NCBI GenBank assembly: GCA_965227515.1
Contig: CBDDFZ010000001.1
Coordinates: forward strand, 1,888,001-1,952,000
Length of the DNA: 64,000 nt
Direction: 5' to 3'
Origin: Alphaproteobacteria bacterium
Lineage (GTDB): Bacteria; Pseudomonadota; Alphaproteobacteria; CALKHQ01
The notes below the pieces were generated by a model. The model was not told the origin of the DNA. It searched no databases and saw nothing but the letters and a program-made list of their open reading frames with translations. The position numbers and the translations under genes were made by a program. This document shows, piece after piece, positions 49,778-62,169 of this stretch. The stretch's first letter is position 1. The number at the start of each line of letters is the position of its first letter.

Positions 49778-50236
49778 CTAGCTTGCAAAAGCGGCACAGT
49801 CGCCCTCCAGCGGCACGGACTCCGCCACCTCAGGCGGCATGTAGGTCTCGTCGTGCTTGGCCAGCACTTCGTCGGCGATGAAGGTGCCGTCGGGGCCCAT
49901 GCTGCCTTCCACCACCACCCCCTGCTCTTCGCGGAACAAGTCAGGCAGGATGCCGTCGAACGACACCGGCATCGTCGCCACGCAATCGGTGATGGCGAAG
50001 GTCACCGTGCCATCCTCCAGGGTGATGACGGAGTCCTCGGCCACCATGCCGCCGAGCCGCAACCGGTCGCCGTCGGCCGGGGCATCCACCACGGCGGCTG
50101 CAGGGCCGATCAGTTCCGACGGCGTGCGGTAGTACACGACGGTGTCGCGCAGGGCAGCCAGGGCCAATCCGGCTGCCGCGCCCAGCAGGCCCAGGCCGAC
50201 GACCACGATGACAAGACGTTGATGTTTCGGTTTCAC
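49778..50236 (-). CDS. ccmE: Heme chaperone CcmE
   Basis: LPDLFREEQG, VLAKHDETYMP. Confidence 0.97.
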   Translation of the reverse strand: MKPKHQRLVIVVVGLGLLGAAAGLALAALRDTVVYYRTPSELIGPAAAVVDAPADGDRLRLGGMVAEDSVITLEDGTVTFAITDCVATMPVSFDGILPDLFREEQGVVVEGSMGPDGTFIADEVLAKHDETYMPPEVAESVPLEGDCAAFAS

Positions 50237-50245
50237 TGGTTTCGG

Positions 50246-50407
50246 TCACACATCCTCTGCCGGCGCGCGGGTGCGCGCGGCCTGACGCTCTTTCTCGCGC
50301 ATGGTGCGGAACGACCACACCGTCGCGCCGACCAGCGCGATTGCGGCAATGCCATAGGCACTCCATACGTAGGCGGCGTACCCGCCCATATCCAGGAATT
50401 CCGCCAT
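50246..50407 (-). CDS. ccmD: Heme exporter protein CcmD
   Basis: FLDMGGYAAYVWSAYG plus one TM, between ccmC and ccmE. Confidence 0.92.
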   Translation of the reverse strand: MAEFLDMGGYAAYVWSAYGIAAIALVGATVWSFRTMREKERQAARTRAPAEDV

Positions 50408-50409
50408 CC

Positions 50410-51189
50410 TCAGCCGGCCATTTCGTCGCTGGCGCGGGCACCGCTCTCGCGGTGGGCACGCAGCCGCGCCTCCGCCCGCAGCGTGCGCATCCGCCAGATC
50501 CAGACAAGGGCGAACAGCGAGGTATAGGCCGCCGCCATCATCAGCAAGGGCACCAGCATCGACACATGGATCGTCGGCCCGTCGAGCCGCGCCACCGACG
50601 CCGGCTGGTGCAGCGTGTTGAACCAGTCGACCGAGAACTTGACGATCGGCAGGTTCACCAGACCGACGATGCAAAGGATCGCCGCGGATTTCTGTCCGCG
50701 CTCCGGGTCGTCAAACGCGTCCAGCAGCGCGATATAGCCGAGGTAGAAGAACAGCAGCACCAGCACCGAAGTCAGGCGCGCGTCCCACACCCACCATGTC
50801 CCCCACATCGGCGCGCCCCACAGCGAGCCGGTGGCGAGGCAGACGACGGTGAACACCGCACCCAGGGGTGCCGCGGCGCGCGCGCCCATGTTCGCCAGCG
50901 GATGGCGCCAGACCAGGGCCGCAATGCTGGCCAACCCCATCAGCAGATAGACGAACAGCGCCATCCAGGCGGCCGGCACGTGGACGTACATCATGCGCAC
51001 GGTCTCGCCGTGCTGCACGTCGGGCGGCGACAGCACCAGCGACCACAGCAGGCCGGCGCCGAACAGCAGGATGGTGATGCCGATCAGCCACGGCTGCACC
51101 CGCGCGGCCGCGCGGAAGAAGCGCGCCGGACTGGCCCAGGCATGCCAGTTCCGTGCGCGCGGTGCGGCGCGTCGGATCTCATAGGCCAT
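50410..51189 (-). CDS. ccmC: Heme exporter protein CcmC
   Basis: YVHVP, WG.PMWGTWWVWDARLTS, NTLHQ. Confidence 0.97.
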   Translation of the reverse strand: MAYEIRRAAPRARNWHAWASPARFFRAAARVQPWLIGITILLFGAGLLWSLVLSPPDVQHGETVRMMYVHVPAAWMALFVYLLMGLASIAALVWRHPLANMGARAAAPLGAVFTVVCLATGSLWGAPMWGTWWVWDARLTSVLVLLFFYLGYIALLDAFDDPERGQKSAAILCIVGLVNLPIVKFSVDWFNTLHQPASVARLDGPTIHVSMLVPLLMMAAAYTSLFALVWIWRMRTLRAEARLRAHRESGARASDEMAG

Positions 51190-51339
51190 GGCGGCGATCC
51201 TGCTTCACCAAATGCTCCCGAATGGGTGCCCCATACTGGCGGCCCCGAAAGTACAACGCGCGGATCGGCAAGGGCAAACCCGCTCCGCGCACGGGCCATC
51301 AACGTTTTCGTTAGCAGCCCTTGGGTTTATGGCCGTGCC

Positions 51340-52008
51340 TCAGGTGCTGGCCGCGCGCAACGCAGCGGCGCCGGCCAGCGGGCAGACCACCATCGACACC
51401 AGCGACACCGCGCCCAGCAGCATCAGGCTCGGCCATGGGTCGAGGCCCAGCGCCGATGCGTCGGCGGCCCCGGCGCCGAAGATCACGACAGGCACATAGA
51501 GTGGCAGCACCAGGAGGACAATGAGCAAACCGCCGCGGCGGGCACCCAGGGTTAGCGCGGCCGCGAGCGCGCCGATCAGCACCAGGGCCGGCGTGCCAAC
51601 CGCCATCGACAGCACCAGCATCGGCAGTGCTGCGCCCTCCATGCCCAGCATCGCGCCCAGCACGGGGGCCAGCGCCACCAGCGGGGCGCTCGCCGACAGC
51701 CAGTGCGCGGCGGCCTTCGCCGCGAATAGCAGCGGCAGCGGCGCGGGCGAGATCAGCAGCAGGTCCAGGCTGCCGTCGCGCCAGTCGTCCATGAACACCC
51801 GGTCCAGCGCGATGGTCGCGGCCAGCACCGCCGACGCCCAGACGATGCCGGGCGCGATGCGCGCAAGCAGCGCCGGCTCCGGCCCCAGCGCGAACGGGAA
51901 CATCAACGTGATCAGCACGAACACCGCAATCGCGGTCATCGCCTCCGAACGGTGGCGCCAGGCCAGGCGCAGGTCGCGCGTCAGCAGCGTGCGGGCCGGC
52001 CCGCTCAT
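51340..52008 (-). CDS. ccmB: Heme exporter protein CcmB
   Basis: FPFALGP, DGSLD, LVLPLYVPVVIFG. Confidence 0.95.
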   Translation of the reverse strand: MSGPARTLLTRDLRLAWRHRSEAMTAIAVFVLITLMFPFALGPEPALLARIAPGIVWASAVLAATIALDRVFMDDWRDGSLDLLLISPAPLPLLFAAKAAAHWLSASAPLVALAPVLGAMLGMEGAALPMLVLSMAVGTPALVLIGALAAALTLGARRGGLLIVLLVLPLYVPVVIFGAGAADASALGLDPWPSLMLLGAVSLVSMVVCPLAGAAALRAAST

Positions 52009-52021
52009 GCGGATGGCTCGC

Positions 52022-52678
52022 TCATTTGGATGTCCGGCTGAGGTCGATGCTGCGCGCATCGTCCATGGCGACGGCGTCATGGGTGGCGACGACGACGATG
52101 CCGCCGCCGGCCCTGTGCACCGCGATCTCCGCCTCCAGCCGGCCGCGATTGGCCGCGTCCAGCGTTGTCATCGGCTCGTCCAGCAGCCAGAGCCAGGCGC
52201 CGCTGGCGACCAGTTGCGCCAGCGCTGTGCGCCGGGTCTGGCCGGCGGAGAGGTGACGGCCCGGACTGTTGGCGAGGCCGGTCAGATCGAAGGCGGCCAG
52301 CGCCCGGTCGATGGCGGCTGCGTCGCTCGCGCCGGCCAGGCCCGCCGCCACCCTGGCGTTCTCGGCCACCGTCAGGTGCGGTTTCACCGGGTTGCGGTCG
52401 CCGACGAAGCCCAGCGGCACCGCGCGATCCGGCGGCGGGGCCACCAGGATCTCCCCGGCATGGGGCGGCAGCAGCCCGGTCAGGCAGCGCAGCAGCGTCG
52501 TCTTGCCGCAACCGTTGGCGCCGGTCACGATCAGCCCATCGCCCGCTTTGAGCTGCACCTCGAACCCGGTGAACACCGTGCGCCCGCCGCGCCGGCAGGC
52601 GAGGCCCGTCACGCTGAGGCGGGGGTGTCCGGGGTCGGGGGCCGTCGTTGGCGGGGCAGGGGCGTCGGCAACACTCAT
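52022..52678 (-). CDS. ccmA: Heme ABC exporter ATPase CcmA
   Basis: GANGCGKTT, LSAGQ, WLLDEP, ATH. Confidence 0.95.
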   Translation of the reverse strand: MSVADAPAPPTTAPDPGHPRLSVTGLACRRGGRTVFTGFEVQLKAGDGLIVTGANGCGKTTLLRCLTGLLPPHAGEILVAPPPDRAVPLGFVGDRNPVKPHLTVAENARVAAGLAGASDAAAIDRALAAFDLTGLANSPGRHLSAGQTRRTALAQLVASGAWLWLLDEPMTTLDAANRGRLEAEIAVHRAGGGIVVVATHDAVAMDDARSIDLSRTSK

Positions 52679-52958
52679 GGCGGCGGAGCATACCGTGTGG
52701 CCCGGCGCGCGCCACGGCCAAAAAAGACCCGCCAGCGCGCGGCCGGCGGGCGACAGGGTTGTGTGATAAGGAGGCTTGACCGAAGGGGTTTCGGTCCTGG
52801 AGTACCGAGGCGTCCTGCCGCGGCGCTCCAATGCCAGGCCAAAGCCCGACGCTTGCAACCTCGTTGGCGCGCGCGGCGGGATTTGGACGAGTATTTGGCA
52901 ATTTCGTGGCAGCCCAACACCGCTGCGTGAAGGTGCTGAGAAAAGGCTCAATATCTGC

Positions 52959-53137
52959 CGTCGCCCTCGCCCTTGTGGCGAGGGCCCATTTGAGTCCCAT
53001 GCGTTGCTGCTCGGCATGTCGATCACGGTCGTTATTGGCCGTCGGCCAACATCCATGTTGCACGGGGACCGAGCAAAGCAGGGCGCTGATCGCGATCGAC
53101 CCATCCATGGGTCCTCGCCACAAGGGCGAGGACGACG
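52959..53137. repeat. Family A-like repeat with long central spacer
   Basis: CGTCGCCCTCGCCCTTGTGGCGAGGGCCCAT ... ATGGGTCCTCGCCACAAGGGCGAGGACGACG. Confidence 0.8.
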
Positions 53138-53192
53138 AAGTGCTTGTTGGTGGTGAGAGATCCGCTTGTCGTCAGCCGGAGGCTGGAAAGCC

Positions 53193-54077
53193 CTAAGCCT
53201 CGTCAAAGTGCGCGAAGGTGGCAGCCATGCGCTCTGGGTCCGGGACCAGCCCGGTGAACAGGTGGAACGCGCGCGCGGCCTGGTGGATCGCCATGCCGGC
53301 GCCGGAGAGCACCCGGCAGCCGCGCGTCCGCGCCGCCGCCAGCAACTCGGTCTCCAGCGGCACGTAGACGACATCGGCCACCCAGAGGTCCGGGCGCAGC
53401 AGCGCCGGGTCGACCGGCATGCCCGGCGCCTGGGTCATGCCGACCGGGGTCGCGTTGACCAGGCCGTCGACACCCGATGCCAGCGCGGACGCGATATCGT
53501 CTGAGGCCTCCACCCGGGCCGCCGGCCGGTTCGCCACGACCTTGGCCGCCAGCGCCTCGGCCCTGGCGCCATCCATGTCGTGGATCAGAAGCCGGGCGAC
53601 GCCGCAGTCGACCAGCGCGTGGGCGACCGCCGCGCCCGCGCCGCCGGCGCCGACCAGCAGCACGCTATCGGTCGCCGCGTCCGCCATGTTGCGGCGGAAA
53701 TTCTCGGCGAAGCCCCACAGGTCGGTGTTGTGGCCGATGCGCTGGCTATCGCGGAACACGATGGTGTTCACCGCGCCCAGCGCGGCGGCATCCGCCGACA
53801 TGTCGTCGAGCAGTGCCACCGCCTCGATCTTGAACGGAAAGGTGACGTTCAGCCCAGCAAAGCCGCCGTCCTCGGCAGACCGCACGATCTCGGCGAGCGG
53901 CTGGCCGGCCCACGCCGGCGTGGCCACGTCGAACAGGTCATAGGTGTAGGCGAGGCCGTGGGCGGCGCCCTCCGCCATGTGCATCGCCGGCGAGCGCGAG
54001 CGCAAGATGCCACGGCCGACGAGGCCGACCCGCAAGCCGGCACCCCGGCTGGTTTCGCTGCTTTGTTGCGGTGTCAT
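53193..54077 (-). CDS. Shikimate/quinate dehydrogenase family
   Basis: SRSPAMH, NVTFPFK, AVNT, NTD, GAGGAG, NATPVGM, DVVY.P.ET. Confidence 0.93.
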   Translation of the reverse strand: MTPQQSSETSRGAGLRVGLVGRGILRSRSPAMHMAEGAAHGLAYTYDLFDVATPAWAGQPLAEIVRSAEDGGFAGLNVTFPFKIEAVALLDDMSADAAALGAVNTIVFRDSQRIGHNTDLWGFAENFRRNMADAATDSVLLVGAGGAGAAVAHALVDCGVARLLIHDMDGARAEALAAKVVANRPAARVEASDDIASALASGVDGLVNATPVGMTQAPGMPVDPALLRPDLWVADVVYVPLETELLAAARTRGCRVLSGAGMAIHQAARAFHLFTGLVPDPERMAATFAHFDEA

Positions 54078-54365
54078 GTGGTGGGTCGTCGTCTCGGGCG
54101 CGCCGCACAGTGCGACTCGCGACACCATTACCTGCTGATTACCGGCGGCGGATAGGGTATATCGCCGACATCGCTGCCCTATCTAACACTTCGTGGCCGC
54201 AAGGCCATGGAGATCCTAGCGGATGGCGCGCCGTCGGCGACGTCCCCCGGCACCGAGGATCGGCGCCTGGACGATACGATTGCCCGGCAGTGCGCCGTCC
54301 AGCCGCGCCGCGAACCCCATCGCGCGCACATCCATACGACTACTGACCATTGCGGGAGACTACCA

Positions 54366-57113
<2,748 letters not shown>

Positions 57114-57424
57114 ATGACGGCCGGCGTCCGCCGGCCACGCCGACCATTTTGATATTCGAGACGCGGGCGGCGGCGCAGCGCGCCGTCGTCGCCATCGACG
57201 ACATGGGCCGGCGCCTGCTGGCCGACATGGGCTACAGCTTCGCCGATGTTGAGGCGGCACACCGCCAGCCATGGGACGTGCCGACCCAGGCGCCGACCGG
57301 GGTGTGGTACATCGCGTCGCCGCGCGACCGGTTCTCGGTCTATGCCGACGATCTGCTGGAGGGCGTGGACGGCCGCGAGATCGAGATGCCGCCGGAATGG
57401 CGGGGCAGCCAGTCCCTGCAATAG
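57114..57424 (+). CDS. Small hypothetical protein (5' end uncertain)
   Basis: Host-like codons from about 57150 to stop; ATG at 57114 is out of frame with the body. Confidence 0.5.
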
Positions 57425-57425
57425 G

Positions 57426-57698
57426 TCAGTCCGCGTCGTCCCCGGGCTTGCGGGTGCGCGTGAACAGATAGCCCGCATGGGCCAGGCAGAGCCCTGCCAG
57501 TACACCGCCAAGAATGACGTAGAAGCTATCCGCGCGGATGGTCATGCCGAGATTGCCGGCGACTTGCTGCGCGATGGCGCCCACGAACATGCCGACGGTC
57601 CCGCCCGCCACCAGCCATTTGTGGTGCGGGCCGACATATTTCACGCGTTCAAACCTGCCGATTCTTCGCTTCGGCACCTTTAGAGCACGCTTTTGCAT
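57426..57698 (-). CDS. Small 2-TM hypothetical protein
   Basis: GGAGG RBS; basic N-terminus; two hydrophobic segments. Confidence 0.7.
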   Translation of the reverse strand: MQKRALKVPKRRIGRFERVKYVGPHHKWLVAGGTVGMFVGAIAQQVAGNLGMTIRADSFYVILGGVLAGLCLAHAGYLFTRTRKPGDDAD

Positions 57699-57788
57699 CT
57701 CGGTTTCCTCCGACGTTTCTTGCCGAAGGTGTCGCGCGCGCCGGTGAAAATGTTCATGCCGGCGCGACGCAACAGGTAGTTAGATCGG

Positions 57789-57901
57789 GATCAGCTTACG
57801 CTGAAGCCTGCGCCAGCCCTCTCCCCCACCCGGCCGCCCAATGACAGTATCCTAATGGGCGGCCGGGTGGGGGAGAGGGCCGGAGCAGGCTTGAATGATC
57901 A
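57789..57901. repeat. Palindromic repeat family B, copy 3
   Basis: GATCAGCTTACGCTGAA...CCCCCACCCGGCCGCCCA-loop containing GACAGTAT-TGGGCGGCCGGGTGGGGG...GATCA. Confidence 0.85.
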
Positions 57902-57905
57902 TGCG

Positions 57906-58568
57906 CTAGTACTGCACCGTGTGGTCGTCCAGCACGGCGATGCCGACGAACCGGCCGTCGTCGTTGAAGGTCATGCGGATCAGCCGGTAGTTGGTTTCCG
58001 GCAGCATGCCGGCCTCTTCCTGGTACCAAAACGTGGCGACGACATCGCCGTTCGGCTGCACCTCGGCGGTGGGCGGCACGAACGCAGGCGCGCCGTCGAC
58101 CTCGAAGTCCTCGCCGCCGCTGGACCTGACGGTAACGAACCCATACGGGCCGAAGTCGATCCACTCCAGCACCAGGGCTGCGCGGGTGGCGGCATCGGCA
58201 TCGTCCCACCCGCGGCTAGCCAGAACCGGTGCGGCGGCCGCCTCGTCCGACAGCCAGTCGCCGTCGACGTAGACCAGGTCCAGCATGCAGCCGCGGTCGT
58301 GGGCGAACAGCCCGACGATGGCCACGCCCGGGAAGTCGTCGTCGGTGTTGATGCAGACGTCGCGTGCATCGAGATCGTCGTAGCGGCTGGCCGCCTCGTA
58401 GGAGCCCAGCACCGCCTCGTCGTCGTTGACGTCGAGCGCGCTTGCCCCGCCGACCACGGTGACGCAGGCCACCAGCACGGCGCCGGCGGACAGGCCGACG
58501 ATCACCGGCAGGCGCTCGCGCGCACTGGGGCGGACCCGCTTGCCGTCCAGGTTCTGTCGTTCGTTCAT
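57906..58568 (-). CDS. Secreted acidic hypothetical protein
   Basis: N-terminal hydrophobic signal; host-like codons. Confidence 0.72.
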   Translation of the reverse strand: MNERQNLDGKRVRPSARERLPVIVGLSAGAVLVACVTVVGGASALDVNDDEAVLGSYEAASRYDDLDARDVCINTDDDFPGVAIVGLFAHDRGCMLDLVYVDGDWLSDEAAAAPVLASRGWDDADAATRAALVLEWIDFGPYGFVTVRSSGGEDFEVDGAPAFVPPTAEVQPNGDVVATFWYQEEAGMLPETNYRLIRMTFNDDGRFVGIAVLDDHTVQY

Positions 58569-58714
58569 GGCGTTATCTTCCTTGTCATCAGCGGCGCCGG
58601 GGCCATTATGGTCCGCGCGATGCAGCAAAACCACACGCAACGTCGCACCGGCTCTGGCCAAGTTGCGTCCGACAACTGGCAACGCAGCATGGCAAATCTG
58701 CGGCAGCGGGTGTG

Positions 58715-59470
58715 ATGACCGACATACTGGACTATCTGCTCAGCGCCACGCCGGCGGTGATCGTGCTGGCGTTGGTGGCCTGGCTGGCGGCGCCGCGCAA
58801 GCGGGGCGGCACCGGGCGGCTGACCCGGTTCTGCCTGTTGTTGATCTGGCTGCCGTTGCTGGTGCTGAGCCTGCCGCCGGTGGCGGACTTGCTGACGGCG
58901 CCGTTGGCCGGTGGCGCCCCCGCGCCCGACGCCGCGAACCCGCCCGACCTGATCATCGTGCCCACCGCCGGGGTCTATCGGGTGGACGGCGACCGCTGGT
59001 ATCCGAGTACGACCTCGATTGCCCGCACCGCCACCGCATTGGAACAGCAGGCGGCGTGGCCGGTGCCCATCGTCATCTCCGGCGGCAACCCCGACGACGG
59101 CCCGCCGGAAAGCCGCACCATCGCGGAGGGCATGCAACTGGTGATCGACGATGCGCTGATGATCGAGACCGAATCGCGGAACACGGCGGATACCGGCGCC
59201 AACGTCGCGGCGATCGCGGAGGCGTTCGCGGTACGGCACGTGCTGCTGGTGACCAGCGACAGCCACATGATGCGCGCGGCCGCGTCGCTGCGGCACTTCG
59301 GGCTTGAGGTCTCGGGCGTGGTTGCGGTGGCGCCGCAAGGGCCGGAGGGGCTGCTAGACGGTATCCTGCCGTCGCGCGATGCGCTGGAGGCGTCGATGGT
59401 CGCCATCCGCGAATACATCGGCATCGTCTTCTATCTGGTTGATGGGCGCATCGACATGGACGATCTTTGA
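58715..59470 (+). CDS. YdcF/ElyC (DUF218) family membrane protein
   Basis: ISGG, ETESRNT, LVTSDSHMMRA, REYIG. Confidence 0.9.
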   Translation: MTDILDYLLSATPAVIVLALVAWLAAPRKRGGTGRLTRFCLLLIWLPLLVLSLPPVADLLTAPLAGGAPAPDAANPPDLIIVPTAGVYRVDGDRWYPSTTSIARTATALEQQAAWPVPIVISGGNPDDGPPESRTIAEGMQLVIDDALMIETESRNTADTGANVAAIAEAFAVRHVLLVTSDSHMMRAAASLRHFGLEVSGVVAVAPQGPEGLLDGILPSRDALEASMVAIREYIGIVFYLVDGRIDMDDL

Positions 59471-59583
59471 TCGCCCGCCCGCATGCCGATTTGCGCAACG
59501 ACCGTTCCAACTCTGTCGCAGGGTTAATTTGCCCGGCCGGAATCGGCCTGCCATTCATTGGGGGTGCCGTGAATCGCAACGGC

Positions 59584-59600
59584 TTAAGCCGCCCTTAACC
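59584..59600 (+). promoter_or_regulatory. Consensus CtrA box
   Basis: TTAA-GCCGCCC-TTAACC about 60 bp upstream of the lipoprotein gene. Confidence 0.75.
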
Positions 59601-59661
59601 ATGTTCGGCCAGCAATGGCCCGGAGCATCAAAAGGCCCAAGCACCCGACGGAGCATCCTTC

Positions 59662-60042
59662 ATGCGACTTGCCTGCCTGCGCACCTTGGCTGGATTTTCG
59701 ACCGCCCTTCGCCTCGTTTTCGTGGCAGGGGCAATACTGGCGGTCAGCGCATGCGCATCGCAGAACGGACCGGAGGCGGGCGGACTGTCGGCCACCGACC
59801 AGATGATCGCGGGGGCTGCGATCCAGGTCGCTCTGTCGTCGACCGATGTCGGCGAGGTCTATGTCTGGAACAACCCGGCCAACGGCACCAACGGCATCGT
59901 GTCGCCGACCCGCAAGTTCACCGGGTCCGACGGCCATGACTGCGCCGAGTTCCGCGCAACGATGACGGCCGGCGCCGGCACGCAGTCCATGGACCACACG
60001 GCGTGCCAGAATGCCGAGGGCGCCTGGGTCCCGGCCTCCTAA
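59662..60042 (+). CDS. RT0821/Lpp0805 (17-kDa surface antigen-like) lipoprotein
   Basis: Lipobox VSAC; WNNP..G..G, CAEF, TACQ...GAW. Confidence 0.85.
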   Translation: MRLACLRTLAGFSTALRLVFVAGAILAVSACASQNGPEAGGLSATDQMIAGAAIQVALSSTDVGEVYVWNNPANGTNGIVSPTRKFTGSDGHDCAEFRATMTAGAGTQSMDHTACQNAEGAWVPAS

Positions 60043-60999
60043 TCATCTCATCTTGGGGCCGGCTTTCTCGCCAGCCGGTCGTTCATCGGTATCCAAAGCA
60101 TCGGCCAGGCGGGTGCGGGCAGAGCCCGGGCGCAGCGGTTGCTGCTGGCTCGGTGCCGGCGCCCAGCCATGCAGGAACATGACCTCGAAGGTCGCCGGGA
60201 TCGTGCCGTCCGGCTGCGCGAACTCCTGCGCATAGAGCTCGGCCGCGCGCTGTACCGTGGCGCGGGTCAGAGGCGTCCTGGGACGCGCCGCCATCGCGTT
60301 GGTCTGGCCCATGCCGCGCAAGTCGCGCATCAGGGCGATGGGATCGGCGTAGGTGACGGTGATTTCCTCGGAATCGACCACCGGCAGCGCGAACCCCGCC
60401 CGTTGCATCAGGCCGCCCAGATCGCGCAGGTCCGCGAACGGCGACACCCGCATGCGCGCACCGCCGCGGGTTTCCGCCTCCGCCGCCACCAGGCAGGCGC
60501 GCAGCTCATGCAAGGTCGCGCCGCCGGCCAGCGCAGCCAGCAGCAGACCGTCCGGCCGCAACATGCGGCGGAGCTGGATCAGCGCGCCCGGCAGGTCGTT
60601 GACCCAGTGCAGCGCCATGTTGCTGACGATCAGGTCGAACGCGCCATCGGCGAATGGCGGCATCGCCTCGTCCGCCACCACGCGCAGGCCGCCCGCGTGA
60701 AGTCTGTTCAGCATGGCCGCGCTGGCATCGGTGCGCACGATGCTGGCATCCGCCAGTGCCGGCGCCGTGCCATCGAACAGGCTGAGCCCGTGACAGCCGA
60801 GATCGAGCGCGCAGGTGAATGTGCGCGAGATATCGGCCAGCCGGTCGACAAGCCGGTCCCCCACCTCGCGCACCAGGAAGTCGTGGCGCGCGAAATTGGT
60901 GGCGGCACGGCTGCGGCGCAGGCGCAGAAGGTGCGGGTCGAACACCTCTAACTGGTCGATTTGGGGCCGGTCGCTGGCGGGTATTTCTGGGTTGGGCAT
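60043..60999 (-). CDS. SAM-dependent methyltransferase (BioC/NDUFAF5-like)
   Basis: LDLGCH, LHWVNDLPG, RVSPF, AGFALPVVD, LRPGSA; divergent from comF. Confidence 0.92.
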   Translation of the reverse strand: MPNPEIPASDRPQIDQLEVFDPHLLRLRRSRAATNFARHDFLVREVGDRLVDRLADISRTFTCALDLGCHGLSLFDGTAPALADASIVRTDASAAMLNRLHAGGLRVVADEAMPPFADGAFDLIVSNMALHWVNDLPGALIQLRRMLRPDGLLLAALAGGATLHELRACLVAAEAETRGGARMRVSPFADLRDLGGLMQRAGFALPVVDSEEITVTYADPIALMRDLRGMGQTNAMAARPRTPLTRATVQRAAELYAQEFAQPDGTIPATFEVMFLHGWAPAPSQQQPLRPGSARTRLADALDTDERPAGEKAGPKMR

Positions 61000-61055
61000 G
61001 GGCGGATGGTACACTGTCGGGCGACAATGCGCCCTCGCCAACCACAGGGGTTCGC

Positions 61056-61826
61056 GTGAACACCCATCCGCTGCGTCGCCTGGCCGATACCGCGCTCGAT
61101 CTGGTGCTGCCGAACCGCTGTGTCGGCTGTGGCGACGTGATCGGCGCCGACGGGGCGCTTTGCGCCGGCTGCTTTCGCGCGCTGGAGTTCGTGGCCGAGC
61201 CCTGTTGCGCCACCTGCGGCATCACGTTCGCCTACGAGATGGCGGGTCCGGCCACGGGCGGTCTTGCTGACGACGACGCGGCGGTCTGCGGGGCGTGCGC
61301 CGCCCGGCCGCCGGCCTTCCACGCGGCGCGCGCGGCCCTGGTCTACAACGATCTGGCGCGCAAGCTGGTGGTGGGCTTCAAGCACGCCGACCAGACCCAT
61401 CTGGTCGCGGCCCTGGCCGGCTGGGTCGAGCAGGCGGCGTCAACGCTGATCGGCCGCGCGGACGTGCTGGTGCCGGTGCCGCTGCACCGCCGCCGGCTGT
61501 TCGCGCGCCGCTTCAACCAGTCCGCACTGCTGGCCGCGCGCCTGTCGCGCAGCACGGCGGTGCCATGGCTTCCTGACGTGCTGGTGCGGGTGCGCGCAAC
61601 CCCGTCACAGGGCCACCTGAACGCGGTCCAGCGCCGCCGTAACGTGCGCCGTGCCTTTCAGGTGCGCGCGGCGCGGCGCGAAGCGATTGCCGGCGCGCAC
61701 GTGCTTTTGATCGACGACGTGCTGACCACAGGTGCCACCCTGGATGCCTGCGCGGAGACGCTGTTGGCGGCCGGCGCTGCGCGGGTGGAGGCCGCGACGG
61801 TGGCCCGCGTGATCCTGGCGGATTGA
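61056..61826 (+). CDS. comF: ComF family protein (double zinc ribbon plus PRTase)
   Basis: CxxC pairs, VPVPLH, RRFNQS, LIDDVLTTGAT. Confidence 0.93.
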   Translation: MNTHPLRRLADTALDLVLPNRCVGCGDVIGADGALCAGCFRALEFVAEPCCATCGITFAYEMAGPATGGLADDDAAVCGACAARPPAFHAARAALVYNDLARKLVVGFKHADQTHLVAALAGWVEQAASTLIGRADVLVPVPLHRRRLFARRFNQSALLAARLSRSTAVPWLPDVLVRVRATPSQGHLNAVQRRRNVRRAFQVRAARREAIAGAHVLLIDDVLTTGATLDACAETLLAAGAARVEAATVARVILAD

Positions 61827-61911
61827 GCGGTGCTTGCGATCCGGTCTTGCACGCCGCCGTTATGGCAGCATATTTGACCCAACCGTTCCGTTTTCCTTTC
61901 CGGAGGCCGCA

Positions 61912-62169
61912 TTGGCGAAGGTCGAGATCTACACCACAATGTTCTGCCCGTACTGCCACCGGGCCAAGCGCTTGCTGAATGACAAGGGCGTCGACTTCGT
62001 GGAGTACGACGTCACGTCGGACCGCCAGACCCGCATCGCCATGACGGAACGGGCGGATGGCCGGCGCACGGTGCCGCAGATCTTCATCGACGATGTCGGT
62101 ATTGGCGGCAGCGACGAGTTGGCCGCGCTGGAGCGCGCCGGACGGCTGGATGCCTTGCTGGGCGCGTGA
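61912..62169 (+). CDS. grxC: Glutaredoxin 3
   Basis: CPYC, TVPQIFI, IGGSD; GGAGG RBS and TTG start. Confidence 0.95.
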   Translation: MAKVEIYTTMFCPYCHRAKRLLNDKGVDFVEYDVTSDRQTRIAMTERADGRRTVPQIFIDDVGIGGSDELAALERAGRLDALLGA

